This document shows positions 29,370 to 39,227 of a DNA stretch of 64,000 bases, in pieces. The DNA lies in assembly GCA_050251055.1 (NCBI GenBank), contig JBFWNL010000003.1:288001-352000 (forward strand). The letters are read 5' to 3'. The translations under genes were made by a program, and so were the position numbers. This stretch comes from Bacteriovoracia bacterium. GTDB lineage: Bacteria; Bdellovibrionota; UBA1018; JBFWNL01. Below the pieces are notes generated by a model. That model did no database searches. It was not told the origin of the DNA and saw nothing but the letters and a program-made list of their open reading frames with translations. The stretch's first letter is position 1. Each line of letters opens with the position of its first letter.

Positions 29370-30022
29370 TAAGTCTGTTCCCTTCTTTCCATGACCTTGT
29401 CGATCAAGCCGTACTTCGCTGCCGCTTCCGCGGAAAGATAGTTGTCGCGATCCGTGTCCCGGCGGATCTCATCCATGCTACGCTTCGTGTGATGCGCCAT
29501 GATCTGATTCAGCCGCTCCTTCAGGTACAAAATTTCCTTCGCCTGGATCTCGATATCCGAGGCCTGCCCGCGGGCGCCGCCCAAGGGTTGGTGAATCATG
29601 ATGCGGCTGTTCGGAAGCGCATAACGATGCCCCGCTTCCCCGGCCGTCAGCAGCAAAGCTCCCATACTCGCAGCTAATCCAATGCAATAGGTGTGCACGG
29701 GGGCCTTTACGAACTGCATCACGTCATAAATTCCCAAGCCCGCGGTCACCGAACCCCCCGGGGAGTTGATATAGAAATGAATCGGCTTATCCGGCTCGCT
29801 GGATTCGAGGAAGAACATTTGGGCGATGAGCAAATTCGCGACCACGTCGTTCACTTCCGTGCCCAAGAACACAATGCGATCGAGAAGCAGGCGCGAGTAA
29901 ATGTCGTATTGACGCTCACCACGCGGGGTTTGTTCGATGACGACCGGATTCGGAATATAGCCCACGACATCGGGCCTCACTAATTCGGCGGGAACTGCAT
30001 TCTTAGATGATCGGATCAACAT
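29369..30022 (-). CDS. clpP: ATP-dependent Clp protease proteolytic subunit
   Basis: [32 protein letters not shown]; TAATG overlap with clpX. Confidence 0.99.
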
Positions 30023-30206
30023 ACGCGCCTCCCAGGTTCAAACCCACACCCACATTCGTTAGTATACACACTCTTCGGGTTTGTAACTCCGCAGAATAAG
30101 TGATTTTCACCCAGTTTTCGTGGGTCTTTTTGTACACGTGAGCGCCCGTCTTCTGACGGGGCGATGGCGGGGGTATACCAAAAAAATCCCCATTCCCCAA
30201 ACGGGG

Positions 30207-30563
30207 CTAGTGGCGGGTGACGTTTTTCCCTGAGTTCTTGAGGGGTTTAATGCCGATTGGGGTCGGTTGAGTGAACTGCTTTTCTTCGACCACGGATTCA
30301 GCCGATTCCGCAGTCAAATTTTCGTCGGCGGAAAGCGATTCATTCAAGGATTCGAGATAGGACAACATTGCTACGCGCAACTCTTCCAACGTGAGCTCAC
30401 GATCGGACTGATATCCTGTATCGTGCAAGATTTTGTTGAGCTCACCGACTACCGCATCCTTGGGTAAGCCGCTGGCCGCAACCAAAGTTTCGAGCAAGGC
30501 TTCGCCTTCCTCGTGCTCCGGCTGGTTATTTTCTGCTGCGAATTTTGGTGGCGAAGAATCCAT
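30207..30563 (-). CDS. Small acidic hypothetical protein
   Basis: 118-aa ORF with GGGGGA SD; helical core LVAASGLP...LTLEELRVAMLSYLE. Confidence 0.6.
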   Translation of the reverse strand: MDSSPPKFAAENNQPEHEEGEALLETLVAASGLPKDAVVGELNKILHDTGYQSDRELTLEELRVAMLSYLESLNESLSADENLTAESAESVVEEKQFTQPTPIGIKPLKNSGKNVTRH

Positions 30564-30700
30564 TCTTTTTCCCCCGACTGGTTCAAAGTATAGAAGCGGC
30601 TTTTTCCGACATGCAAGGTTTGTTTTTATCTGGGAAGAAAATATTAGTTGATTAAAAATACCAGTTATTTCGTCAACTCTTTGGCCTTACCATTTAAGAG

Positions 30701-31201
30701 ATGAAACCCAAATCGAAACTCCTTCCCCGTACCCCCAGTGAATCCTCCGTCATTATGACGGAACTCGTGCTCCCATCGCACGCAAACGTTTTAGGCAGCA
30801 TCTTCGGCGGCACGATCATGGCCTGGATCGACATCGCGGCGGCCATCGCCGCCGGCAAACACGCACGCAGCACCGTGGTCACGGCATCGATTGACGCCCT
30901 TCATTTCATCGCGCCCGTCCGGCTAGGCCAGGTGGTCCACATCCACGCGACGGTAAACCGGGCCTTCCGCACATCGATGGAAGTCGGCGTACGCGTGGAC
31001 GCGGAAGACCAGATCACCGGTGAAGTCACCCACACCGTCACGGCCTACACGACCTTCGTCGCGCTCGACGAAAACCGAAAACCGCGCGAAGTACCGCCTC
31101 TCGAACCGCAATCGCCCGAGGAGATCCGCCGCTACGAAGAAGCGCTGAAGCGCAAAAACTCGCGCGTGGCCTTAGCCGGGGAACTAAAAGGAAAGAAATA
31201 G
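30701..31201 (+). CDS. Acyl-CoA thioesterase (YciA-like hotdog fold)
   Basis: VLPSHANVLGSIFGGTIMAWID, VTASID, RTSMEVGVRV, TFVALDEN. Confidence 0.93.
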   Translation: MKPKSKLLPRTPSESSVIMTELVLPSHANVLGSIFGGTIMAWIDIAAAIAAGKHARSTVVTASIDALHFIAPVRLGQVVHIHATVNRAFRTSMEVGVRVDAEDQITGEVTHTVTAYTTFVALDENRKPREVPPLEPQSPEEIRRYEEALKRKNSRVALAGELKGKK

Positions 31202-31207
31202 ACGTAA

Positions 31208-32068
31208 CTAGTAGTGGCCGGGCTGTTTGCTTAGCCGCGAGCGCACTTCCCAAAGCTGCGGAAAGCACTTCTTAACGGTCTGGCTGCGCAGATAATTCAC
31301 GCCGGCGGATCCGCCCGTGCCCATCTTAAATCCAATAATGCGCTCCACCACGCGCACATGGTGCTCGCGCCAAAGCGATAAGTACTCATCGAATTCTACG
31401 AGCGCTTCGCAGAGCAGGTAGATGGGGAGCATGTTGTCCGGCTCGGAATAAATCTTCGTCAGGGCGACCATCACTTTCTCATGATCCGCCTCCGACATCG
31501 GATCCACCGCCTGGGCCGCCGTGCCCACATCAAAGCCCTGCTTGCCAAGCGTCGTAAAGAAGGAGTGGCGCAGATCCGGCTCGGCCATTCGTTGCTTGAG
31601 GCGCGCCAGGTATTCCGGCTGGTTTTGAAAGGACTTGAAGTAGTTTTCATTCTTCATCCCCGCCAAGAACTCGATCTCGCGGTATTGGATGGACTGAAAG
31701 CCGCTTGCGGGGCCCAAGGAATCGCGGAACTCGAGGAACTCGAGCGGCGTCATGGTCTCTAAAATATGGATCTGCGGCACGAGCAAGCGCAGGATCTCGA
31801 CCACGCGCTTCACGAAGTGATGCGCGCGCAAGACCTTCCCCTCGTTCATGTAGCGGATGCTGTTCTCCATCTCGTGCAGCACGAGTTTGAACCAAAGCTC
31901 GTACGTTTGATGGATGACAATAAAGAGCATCTCGTCATGGTGCGCCGGTTTGGAGAGCGGCTGCTGGAGTGCCAGCAAATCTGGAACCTTCAGGTACGCG
32001 TTGTACGTGAGGTCATTCTTACCCAAGGTTTTTGGTGCGGCGTCGGAAGACTGCGGAGGCTGTGCCAT
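31208..32068 (-). CDS. kynA: Tryptophan 2,3-dioxygenase
   Basis: HDEMLFIVIHQTYELWFK, GPASGFQSIQYREIEF, RIIGFKMGTGGSAG. Confidence 0.96.
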   Translation of the reverse strand: MAQPPQSSDAAPKTLGKNDLTYNAYLKVPDLLALQQPLSKPAHHDEMLFIVIHQTYELWFKLVLHEMENSIRYMNEGKVLRAHHFVKRVVEILRLLVPQIHILETMTPLEFLEFRDSLGPASGFQSIQYREIEFLAGMKNENYFKSFQNQPEYLARLKQRMAEPDLRHSFFTTLGKQGFDVGTAAQAVDPMSEADHEKVMVALTKIYSEPDNMLPIYLLCEALVEFDEYLSLWREHHVRVVERIIGFKMGTGGSAGVNYLRSQTVKKCFPQLWEVRSRLSKQPGHY

Positions 32069-32139
32069 AAGCCCGTTATGCCATAGCCCAGATAAAAAAG
32101 GAGGGTGGAAAAGGGGGGATTCGTTGATAGGGTTGGGGC

Positions 32140-32613
32140 ATGGCTTCTTCAGGAAAACCTTCGGAAAACGCCCCTTTTTTTGTCGATAACGAGCGTATCG
32201 TGCTCAATCGCGACGGCGTCTGGCTGGCCGATGGTACCGAGATCACCCACGAGGGAACGCGCCGGCTCTTCGCGCGCAGCCTGCGACTGGAGCCGGACGG
32301 CTGGTGGCTGATCGTGGGCCGGGAGCGAAAGCAGATCGAGGTGGCCGACACCCCCTACTTCGTCGAGCGCATCGAGGGAGCGCCCGAACGCGGGTACGTG
32401 CTTTTCCTTAACGACGAAACCTCCGAGCCGCTCGACCCCGCGTCGCTGGCCTACAAACCCGGACGCCTCAGCTGCCGGGCCAAAGGGGAATTCACCGCGA
32501 AATTTTTGCGCGCGCCTTATTTCGATCTACTGAAGCACCTGCAAGAAGACGATCATCACTATTACCTAACGCTGCAGAACCGACGCTTCGAGCTCGCCCG
32601 AAAACCCACCTAA
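32140..32613 (+). CDS. DUF1285-like protein
   Basis: RDGVWLADGTEITH...IEVADTPYFV...NDETSEPL...AKFLRAPY pattern. Confidence 0.65.
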   Translation: MASSGKPSENAPFFVDNERIVLNRDGVWLADGTEITHEGTRRLFARSLRLEPDGWWLIVGRERKQIEVADTPYFVERIEGAPERGYVLFLNDETSEPLDPASLAYKPGRLSCRAKGEFTAKFLRAPYFDLLKHLQEDDHHYYLTLQNRRFELARKPT

Positions 32614-32617
32614 GCCA

Positions 32618-35197
32618 TCACTGGGCCGGACCTAAGTCGACCAGGTCGACCTCCGTGCCCCGGGCGTCGCGCAGCGCTCCCCGCAGCCGACGCTGGCCGT
32701 TCAGCTCAACCCACTCAAATTCGACGAAGTAGTCCTGACCGCTAGCAGCCCACCGATCCCGCTCGCGAAGCAGCGCCTCTACCTTGGGCCAATAATTTTC
32801 AAGCGGCAGCGGCCGAGTGGGGTCGACGATTCTTGCGTGCTGGGCCGAGGCCGTACGGGACAGCCAATCTGCCCCCCGAACTTGGGAAGTATTGAAGTCC
32901 AGGGACGCAATCCGGCTTTGCCATTCCGGGCGGGATGCGCCTGCCGTCAAAGCAAAACGGCGATCCGCGACTCCGTAGCTGATCCGTGGGGTGATATCCT
33001 CGGTGCGTACTCGATGGCGAGGGATCCCAATCACTTTGAGACGAAGGTAAAGCGCAGGATCGATCCGCCCCCCCGGCGTCACCAGGGCCACTTGCGTACT
33101 GCTCAGATCGGCGCCGGCTCGTTTCATTCGCTCTAAAAAAGCCACCGTCGACTCCGGCGGCGGCAAGTAGTGGCCGCTCATGTTGCTGATAAAAGCCAGC
33201 CGGCCGTGGTCCAACTCCAAGGCGCCGCCGGTTTGCATCGGCCAACCACGCGTTAAGCTGCTGTGATGAAGGTGGCCCACTTCCGCGTGTTCGTGTTGGA
33301 TGATTTTCCCACGCCAATCCACCACGAAGATCCCCGCCCGGGTTCCTTCCGGCGGGAGTCCGTCGGATACACGCACGAATCTCCCATCGCTGGCCAAGCG
33401 CACTTCCGCGGCAGCACGCTGGGCATCGGTCAATCTCTCCACCTGGAGGGATCCATACACCAACGACTGGCCCTCAAATTCCCCTCGATACCCCTCGCGC
33501 ATCTGAAAGAGGGCGATCGGCCCGCCTCCGCGGCGTTGGAAATCCACGGTTCGCGACCGAGACGCCGGCGGATCGAGCGGCACCACGGACGCTTCGGCGA
33601 GCTCTTCGGCGGTGAAGCTCGGAACGGCGGCGGGCCCCCCCGGAGTCGGTACCGTCGCCGCGGGCGCGGCGCCCGCAGGACGCTCCGCAATGGGTTCCAC
33701 CGGCGAAGATCGGAGGTGCACGCCCGTCTCGCTCGACTCAGAGATCGCGCTCCGCGCTGCGTGGCTAACGCCGGCTTCTAGGATTTGATGCACGTCATTC
33801 GCGCTCGTGCTCAGCGCCTGGTCGACCGCGATTTCGGTCGCATGCACGGCCACGCGCCCGGCCCCCGCCGGCAGAGCCGCCCGCGCCGCCTGGAGCCCCC
33901 GCGTGGCCGAGCTCGCCGTCGCCGTTTGCACGATCAAAGCTCCGGCTTCGGTATAAATCCCTTCCTGTAGCGCCGCCGGATCTTCGTCCAGCATGCGATC
34001 AAAGGAATCTACCGTGCTACGAAAAAGACCCAGTGCCGATTCCTGTGCGAGCTCGGATTCCACGCGACGGCGACACCCCACCAGGTCGCGCGACTCCCGC
34101 ACGCATTCGAAATATCGGGTGAATGCATTCCCCAGCGTGTTCCGCACGGCCGTGGGCATATCGGCAATCTGGCGGAGATTACGCCAAAGCGCGGCCGGAG
34201 TATGGATCAACGCCTTCCGCACGGCGACCGGCAGGTGATACACGCGTGCCGCGTACTCGGAACCAATCTGCGCCGTGAGAAAATCCGCGAAGAGATCACC
34301 TTCGAAGCGCAGCCGATCGGGATTCCAACCGCGTCGGCCTCCCACTTCCACCAGCCTCTCGGCGACGTCGCCGCCCCAGGCGGCGCACGACTTCCATTCG
34401 TCGCCCAGCTCGACGGCGAGCCAGCCTCGCCCGCCGATACGCGTATCGCCCAGGTCGATTTTTAACCCGCCCACGGACTCTTCGCCCAAAGCGAGCATCG
34501 CCAGCTGCGCGTCGCTCATCCCGAATTCTAAAGCCACCCGGCGCGAATGCTCTTCGATCTCGGCGCCCCCTTTAAAGTAAGCGCGGTCCGGCCAGCCATC
34601 GGCGTCGGTGTCGATCGCGAAGGCGACCTCTTGAAAACGGCGGCCCCCTTGGGGTCGGGACAGGATCCAAATCGGATACTCACTCGCCGCACTTCGCGTC
34701 GAGTTCCGCCAGCCGGCGGCGTACTGTCCGAGCCGCAAACCCCGCGGCGCATCCGAGCGCCAGCTCGTGCGGTGGCGCGCGCGGGTCCATGCCTCGTCGC
34801 GCCCTTCTAGGATGTGCGGCCGGGGTTCCGGAGGATCCAGATGCGGGCACTGCGATGGGCGCATAGGCGCCGCAAAACTAACCACGAAAGTGGCGCCGAG
34901 ATTCAGATTACCCACCGAGCCGCAACCGTCGGGGGCGGAAAGCCCCAACGACAGCGTCTCATTCCCTTGCACGACGGAACCGACGACATCTTGCCAACTC
35001 GGGGTTTCGGGGATCGGGACGATGCCCCGCGCGGCGGGCTCGGCCGTAACCAGGTAAGGCCGTGGGGACGCGGGCAAGGCGGGGGGACGCGACTCCAAAT
35101 GCGCAGACCCATTGGTAACGATCCCCGCCTCCGCGGCCCAAGCCGCGAGTACGAGTCCTACGCACCCGCTAAAGATCGCAATTCCTCTTCCCCTCAT
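32618..35197 (-). CDS. Large exported protein with an HHSS...SGHY.P domain (IQM-like / putative toxin domain)
   Basis: Signal peptide ending AAEA; Ala/Pro linker; IFVVDWRGKI...HHSSLTRG...GGALELDHGRLAFISNMSGHYLP. Confidence 0.65.
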   Translation of the reverse strand: MRGRGIAIFSGCVGLVLAAWAAEAGIVTNGSAHLESRPPALPASPRPYLVTAEPAARGIVPIPETPSWQDVVGSVVQGNETLSLGLSAPDGCGSVGNLNLGATFVVSFAAPMRPSQCPHLDPPEPRPHILEGRDEAWTRARHRTSWRSDAPRGLRLGQYAAGWRNSTRSAASEYPIWILSRPQGGRRFQEVAFAIDTDADGWPDRAYFKGGAEIEEHSRRVALEFGMSDAQLAMLALGEESVGGLKIDLGDTRIGGRGWLAVELGDEWKSCAAWGGDVAERLVEVGGRRGWNPDRLRFEGDLFADFLTAQIGSEYAARVYHLPVAVRKALIHTPAALWRNLRQIADMPTAVRNTLGNAFTRYFECVRESRDLVGCRRRVESELAQESALGLFRSTVDSFDRMLDEDPAALQEGIYTEAGALIVQTATASSATRGLQAARAALPAGAGRVAVHATEIAVDQALSTSANDVHQILEAGVSHAARSAISESSETGVHLRSSPVEPIAERPAGAAPAATVPTPGGPAAVPSFTAEELAEASVVPLDPPASRSRTVDFQRRGGGPIALFQMREGYRGEFEGQSLVYGSLQVERLTDAQRAAAEVRLASDGRFVRVSDGLPPEGTRAGIFVVDWRGKIIQHEHAEVGHLHHSSLTRGWPMQTGGALELDHGRLAFISNMSGHYLPPPESTVAFLERMKRAGADLSSTQVALVTPGGRIDPALYLRLKVIGIPRHRVRTEDITPRISYGVADRRFALTAGASRPEWQSRIASLDFNTSQVRGADWLSRTASAQHARIVDPTRPLPLENYWPKVEALLRERDRWAASGQDYFVEFEWVELNGQRRLRGALRDARGTEVDLVDLGPAQ

Positions 35198-35224
35198 TCC
35201 AAAAGTTTAGAAGTAATTTCCGAC

Positions 35225-35352
35225 TAAATCAATATATTATCAGATTTTGAGATACAGAATTATTTATTTTTTAAATATTATAACAATAAATATTTAATAT
35301 TATTATATTTTTTATACAAATAAAAACAAAATAAAATACATATATTGATTTA
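35225..35352. repeat. Perfect 13-bp inverted repeat enclosing a 102-bp very AT-rich divergent promoter region
   Basis: TAAATCAATATAT (35225-35237) and ATATATTGATTTA (35340-35352). Confidence 0.7.
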
Positions 35353-35396
35353 TAACGCAAAGCGTGCGACACACCTCCCCAAGGAGAACCCTAGCC

Positions 35397-35993
35397 ATGT
35401 CAAAGCCAAAACTTTTTTCTGCCCTCGCTCCGCTTCTACTGGCCACCACAGTGACGCTGTCCGGCGCGCTTGCCGACGGTAAGCCCACCTCGATGCCGGA
35501 TCCGAATGACCAGGTCGAAGAGATCGCCGCCCACTTACGAGCCCTTAAAAAAGCCGGTGTCCGCAAAGAGGAACAACTCATCTTGAAGTGGGATGCCCTG
35601 GAAAACTCCATCCAATCGAACGAGCGCGTTTACATCGGTCTAAAACAACGCCTAGATGACCGGCACTCCAAGCGCCCACTTCCCAAGGCAGAGCGTGTCC
35701 GCATTGAACGCGAGCTAGGCATCGTCTGGGACCGAATCGCGCAGCTATCTAGCCTTCAATATGCGATCGAAGTAGCGATCTACGCGCCCATTGACCTGAC
35801 GAAGTTCGACGGCCATCCCGACGTCGACTGGCTGGATCTAGCGCAAAAACACCAAGCCGAGCGTCCACGTGACCTGCGCGCGGAAGCGGAAGGCCTCCGC
35901 GAGGCGAAGCCCGAAAAGAAGTGCGGCGAGCGGAAACCAGAAAAGCAAAACGCCTTCCCGCAGAAGAACCATCCCCCCGCCAAGTGCGGATAA
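35397..35993 (+). CDS. Exported helical hypothetical protein
   Basis: AAGGAG SD, ATG 35397, signal peptide ending ALA, coiled-coil-like body. Confidence 0.65.
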   Translation: MSKPKLFSALAPLLLATTVTLSGALADGKPTSMPDPNDQVEEIAAHLRALKKAGVRKEEQLILKWDALENSIQSNERVYIGLKQRLDDRHSKRPLPKAERVRIERELGIVWDRIAQLSSLQYAIEVAIYAPIDLTKFDGHPDVDWLDLAQKHQAERPRDLRAEAEGLREAKPEKKCGERKPEKQNAFPQKNHPPAKCG

Positions 35994-36088
35994 GCAAGTC
36001 TCTCTCACACCCCAGGGCGCGGATCACGAGACGAGGAAAGGATCACCGGAGCTCGTGGTCCGCGTCTTCCGACCACGAAAGAGTCAAT

Positions 36089-37255
36089 TTATCCGTGGCC
36101 ACCCATCAGGAACGGCTGGGCAAGGAAGCCCATGTCTCGGCCCTCGAGCGAACGCGCGAAAAAATCGTGCGCTTCCGCCCAGAGCGCGTCAGGCTCGGCG
36201 ATCGTGAAGACCTTCTTGCGAAACTCGTGGCAGCCCGGATAGCCGGCCGAATACCACGCCAGGAATTTGCGGGCATGCACCATGGCCATGCGCGGGATAA
36301 AGCTTTCGTTCAAGAGCACGCGCTGGTCATTTAGCAAAGACTGGAAGCGCGCCAACGTTGGGGGCGCATACGCCTCTCCCCGCCAAATGGCCGCGGATTC
36401 CTCAAAGATAAATGGATTACGCAAAGCGCCCCGGCCGATCAAGACTGCATCCACCCCATACTTGCGGAAGCGCTCCACCGCGATCGGCGGCGTATTTAAA
36501 TCGCCGTTACCTAAAATAGGAATCGGGCTCTTCGCTTTTACGTCGCCAATAAAATCCCAATCCGCCTCGCCGCTATAACCTTGCGCGCGCGTGCGGCCGT
36601 GAATCGCCACCCAAGCCACGCCGGCGTCCGCCGCGGCCCGCACGACTTCGATAGCGTTACGGGAGTTCGCGTCCCAACCGGTGCGGATCTTGATCGTCAC
36701 CGGAATTTTCACGGCTTTGACCATCGCCGAAAGCGTCTTACCCAGCTCGCGGGGATTGCGGCACATCGCCGACCCTGCGCCCTTGTTGACCACCTTCGGA
36801 ACGGGACAGCCCAAGTTCAAGTCCACAAAATCGGCGCCCGTGCGCTCGATATGACGGGAAGCCCCGCACAGGCGCTCGGTATCCTCGCCAAAAATCTGGA
36901 AACCAATCAGACGCTCTTCGTCGTGGTACTTCAGCATGCTGAGTGTGCGCTCGCCCGCGTATTCCATGCCGTTGGCGGAAATGAGCTCCGAGATCATGAC
37001 CGAACTCTGCATCCGGCGCATCAAGCGGCGATACGGCGAATTACAGATGCCCGCCATCGGCGCAAGGATAAAGGGGTGATCGATTTCAAACGGACCGAGC
37101 TTAATCTTCGCGCGCGGAGCGGAAACCTCACCGTGCGGGGACGCGGCGCCCACGCTCAAGCCCGGCCCGACGGGTCCCGTGACGACAGGAGAAGAAGTCT
37201 CATTCGGTCGCAGCTTCATCGGCGGCAAGCTATTGATCGTGGACGACGGCTGCAC
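36089..37255 (-). CDS. dusB: tRNA-dihydrouridine synthase B
   Basis: ILAPMAG, DLNLGCPVPKV, TIKIRTGWD, IHGRTRAQGY, GNGD, IGRGALRNPFIF. Confidence 0.93.
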   Translation of the reverse strand: MQPSSTINSLPPMKLRPNETSSPVVTGPVGPGLSVGAASPHGEVSAPRAKIKLGPFEIDHPFILAPMAGICNSPYRRLMRRMQSSVMISELISANGMEYAGERTLSMLKYHDEERLIGFQIFGEDTERLCGASRHIERTGADFVDLNLGCPVPKVVNKGAGSAMCRNPRELGKTLSAMVKAVKIPVTIKIRTGWDANSRNAIEVVRAAADAGVAWVAIHGRTRAQGYSGEADWDFIGDVKAKSPIPILGNGDLNTPPIAVERFRKYGVDAVLIGRGALRNPFIFEESAAIWRGEAYAPPTLARFQSLLNDQRVLLNESFIPRMAMVHARKFLAWYSAGYPGCHEFRKKVFTIAEPDALWAEAHDFFARSLEGRDMGFLAQPFLMGGHG

Positions 37256-37283
37256 GAATACTCCTTACAAAACCTCGAAACAC

Positions 37284-38603
37284 CTAGCGGCGCAACTTCA
37301 AGATATCCGCACGCTCTTTCGGCGTATCAACTGTGAGGTTCTCGTAGCCTTGCGCGGTCACGAGGATGTCGTCCTCGATGCGAATGCCGATGTTACGGAA
37401 CTTATCCGGCACTCCCGCATCTCCCGGCTGGAAGTACAAGCCCGGCTCCACGGTCAGCACCATCCCCGCCTCCAGCGGCCGCGATTTGCCGTTCATGTAA
37501 TAAAGACCAGCGTCATGCACGTCCATGCCCAAGTAGTGACCCGTGCCGTGCGGGTAGAAACGCTTGTGGTCGCCCTTCTGAATAATTTCCTTCACGCCGC
37601 CCTTGAGCAGCCCGAGCGAAACCAGGCCTTCCACCAAGGTCTCCGTCGCGGTTTGATGAATGCGCTCGTACTCCACGCCCGGACGAATCACCGCGAGCGC
37701 GGCCTTCTGCGCGCGTAAAACCAAGTCGTAAATCGTGGCTTGGGCATCGGTGAACTCACGGCCCACTGGATAAGTGCGCGTGATGTCGGCCGTGTAGTAG
37801 TCGTGTTCGCCACCCGCATCGATTAAGAAAAGATCACCGTCGCGCAGCACTTCATTGTTCGCGACATAATGCAGGCACGTGCAATTCTTACCGCCAGCGA
37901 TAATACTGCCATAGCCGTTGCGTTGGCAGCCATGTTTGCGGAACTGGTAGTCGATCAGCGCTTCCATCTCGGACTCGTTCACGCCGGGGCGAATTTCCTT
38001 CATCACCGCGATATGCGCCTGTGACGAAGCCTGGCCCGCCTTGCGCAGCAGTTCCACCTCTTCGACCGATTTAATGAGTCGCAGCTCGCCCACCGCTTCT
38101 AGCGGATCGACGACCGTGGGAAGTGCATAACCCGTGCGGCCCTGCATGACGACCGCGCGCTCGAGGCAAGCCTGCACGCGGCGATCCATCGCTTCGGACC
38201 TTCCCTGACGGAAATGAACCTTGCGCACGCCTTTGAGCAGGGTCGGCAAGATCGCATCGAACTCGCCCGTGGGGTAGGTGCGGTCCACTCCGAAAACCTT
38301 CAGCGCGCCATCGACGCCGTAACGTTCGCCGTCCCAGATCTCGCGCTCGACGTTACGTTCGCGCACGAAGAGCAATGTCTGGTAAGTGCCTGCGCCCGGC
38401 TGCGGCGCGAGCACCAGGAACGACTCGGGCTCGTCGAAGCCACTCAAATAGTAAAAATTCGTTTCTTGGCGAAACGGATAGTGCACGTCGTGGTTGCGGT
38501 AAGGATGGGGATTCGCGGGAAAGATGAAGAGCGAATCCGGATGATTCCGCATCAAAGCGTCGCGACGTTTTTTGAAGTAAGTAGGGACCGAGGTTTTCAG
38601 CAT
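37284..38603 (-). CDS. pepP: Xaa-Pro aminopeptidase P
   Basis: YPFRQETNFYYLSG, LHY, DAGGE...ADITRT, HGTGHYLGMDVHD, TVEPGLY, GIRIEDD. Confidence 0.95.
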   Translation of the reverse strand: MLKTSVPTYFKKRRDALMRNHPDSLFIFPANPHPYRNHDVHYPFRQETNFYYLSGFDEPESFLVLAPQPGAGTYQTLLFVRERNVEREIWDGERYGVDGALKVFGVDRTYPTGEFDAILPTLLKGVRKVHFRQGRSEAMDRRVQACLERAVVMQGRTGYALPTVVDPLEAVGELRLIKSVEEVELLRKAGQASSQAHIAVMKEIRPGVNESEMEALIDYQFRKHGCQRNGYGSIIAGGKNCTCLHYVANNEVLRDGDLFLIDAGGEHDYYTADITRTYPVGREFTDAQATIYDLVLRAQKAALAVIRPGVEYERIHQTATETLVEGLVSLGLLKGGVKEIIQKGDHKRFYPHGTGHYLGMDVHDAGLYYMNGKSRPLEAGMVLTVEPGLYFQPGDAGVPDKFRNIGIRIEDDILVTAQGYENLTVDTPKERADILKLRR

Positions 38604-38750
38604 AAGGCCACCTTATTAACATGATACTCCACCCCGTTAAATATCGATTTTTTCAACGTTTTTTCCGACAGTTAGGCGCTTCTATTCACCGTCACCCAAA
38701 AAGCCTTAACTTGCCGCGGTTAGGTGGGTTGTGCTAGCTCATTAGGCCTT

Positions 38751-39227
38751 ATGTCGAACAAAGTCCCCATGACCCTGAACGGGAAGAAGAAGCTCGAGGA
38801 AGAGCTCAAGCACCTGATGTCAGTGGAGCGTCCGGCCGTGGTGAAAGCCATTGAAGTCGCGCGCGCGCACGGGGACATTTCCGAAAACGCGGACTACTCC
38901 GCAGCCAAGGAGCGCCAGGGATTTATCGAAGGCCGCATCGGCGAAATCAACGGCAAGCTTGCGATGGCCGAAGTGATCGATCCCGCCGCCATCAAGGCCG
39001 AAACCGTCGTATTCGGCGCCACGGTGGACGTGGAGGAGCAGGAATCCGGCAAGAAAACTACGTTCCAGATCGTCGGCGTGGACGAGGCCGACATTAAATC
39101 CGGCAAAGTGGGGATCTCCTCCCCGCTCGCCCGCGCCCTCATTGGCAAGCGCATGGGCGACGAAGCGATCGTGCATGCCCCCAAGGGACAAATCACTTAC
39201 GACATCCTCAAGATCCGATACCAATAA
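38751..39227 (+). CDS. greA: Transcription elongation factor GreA
   Basis: ARAHGDISENADYSAAKERQ, VVFGATV, ISSPLARALIGK; ATG 38751. Confidence 0.97.
   Translation: MSNKVPMTLNGKKKLEEELKHLMSVERPAVVKAIEVARAHGDISENADYSAAKERQGFIEGRIGEINGKLAMAEVIDPAAIKAETVVFGATVDVEEQESGKKTTFQIVGVDEADIKSGKVGISSPLARALIGKRMGDEAIVHAPKGQITYDILKIRYQ

Noticed and set aside
30023-30206. tRNA or structured ncRNA upstream of clpP
   Set aside because: Only one short hairpin; no cloverleaf, T-loop in context or CCA end
36018-36078. Alternative hairpins (CGCGGATCACGAG / CTCGTGGTCCGCG / GACCACGA) between convergent genes
   Set aside because: Lies 3' of both genes, so most simply a terminator or stabilising stem; no riboswitch context
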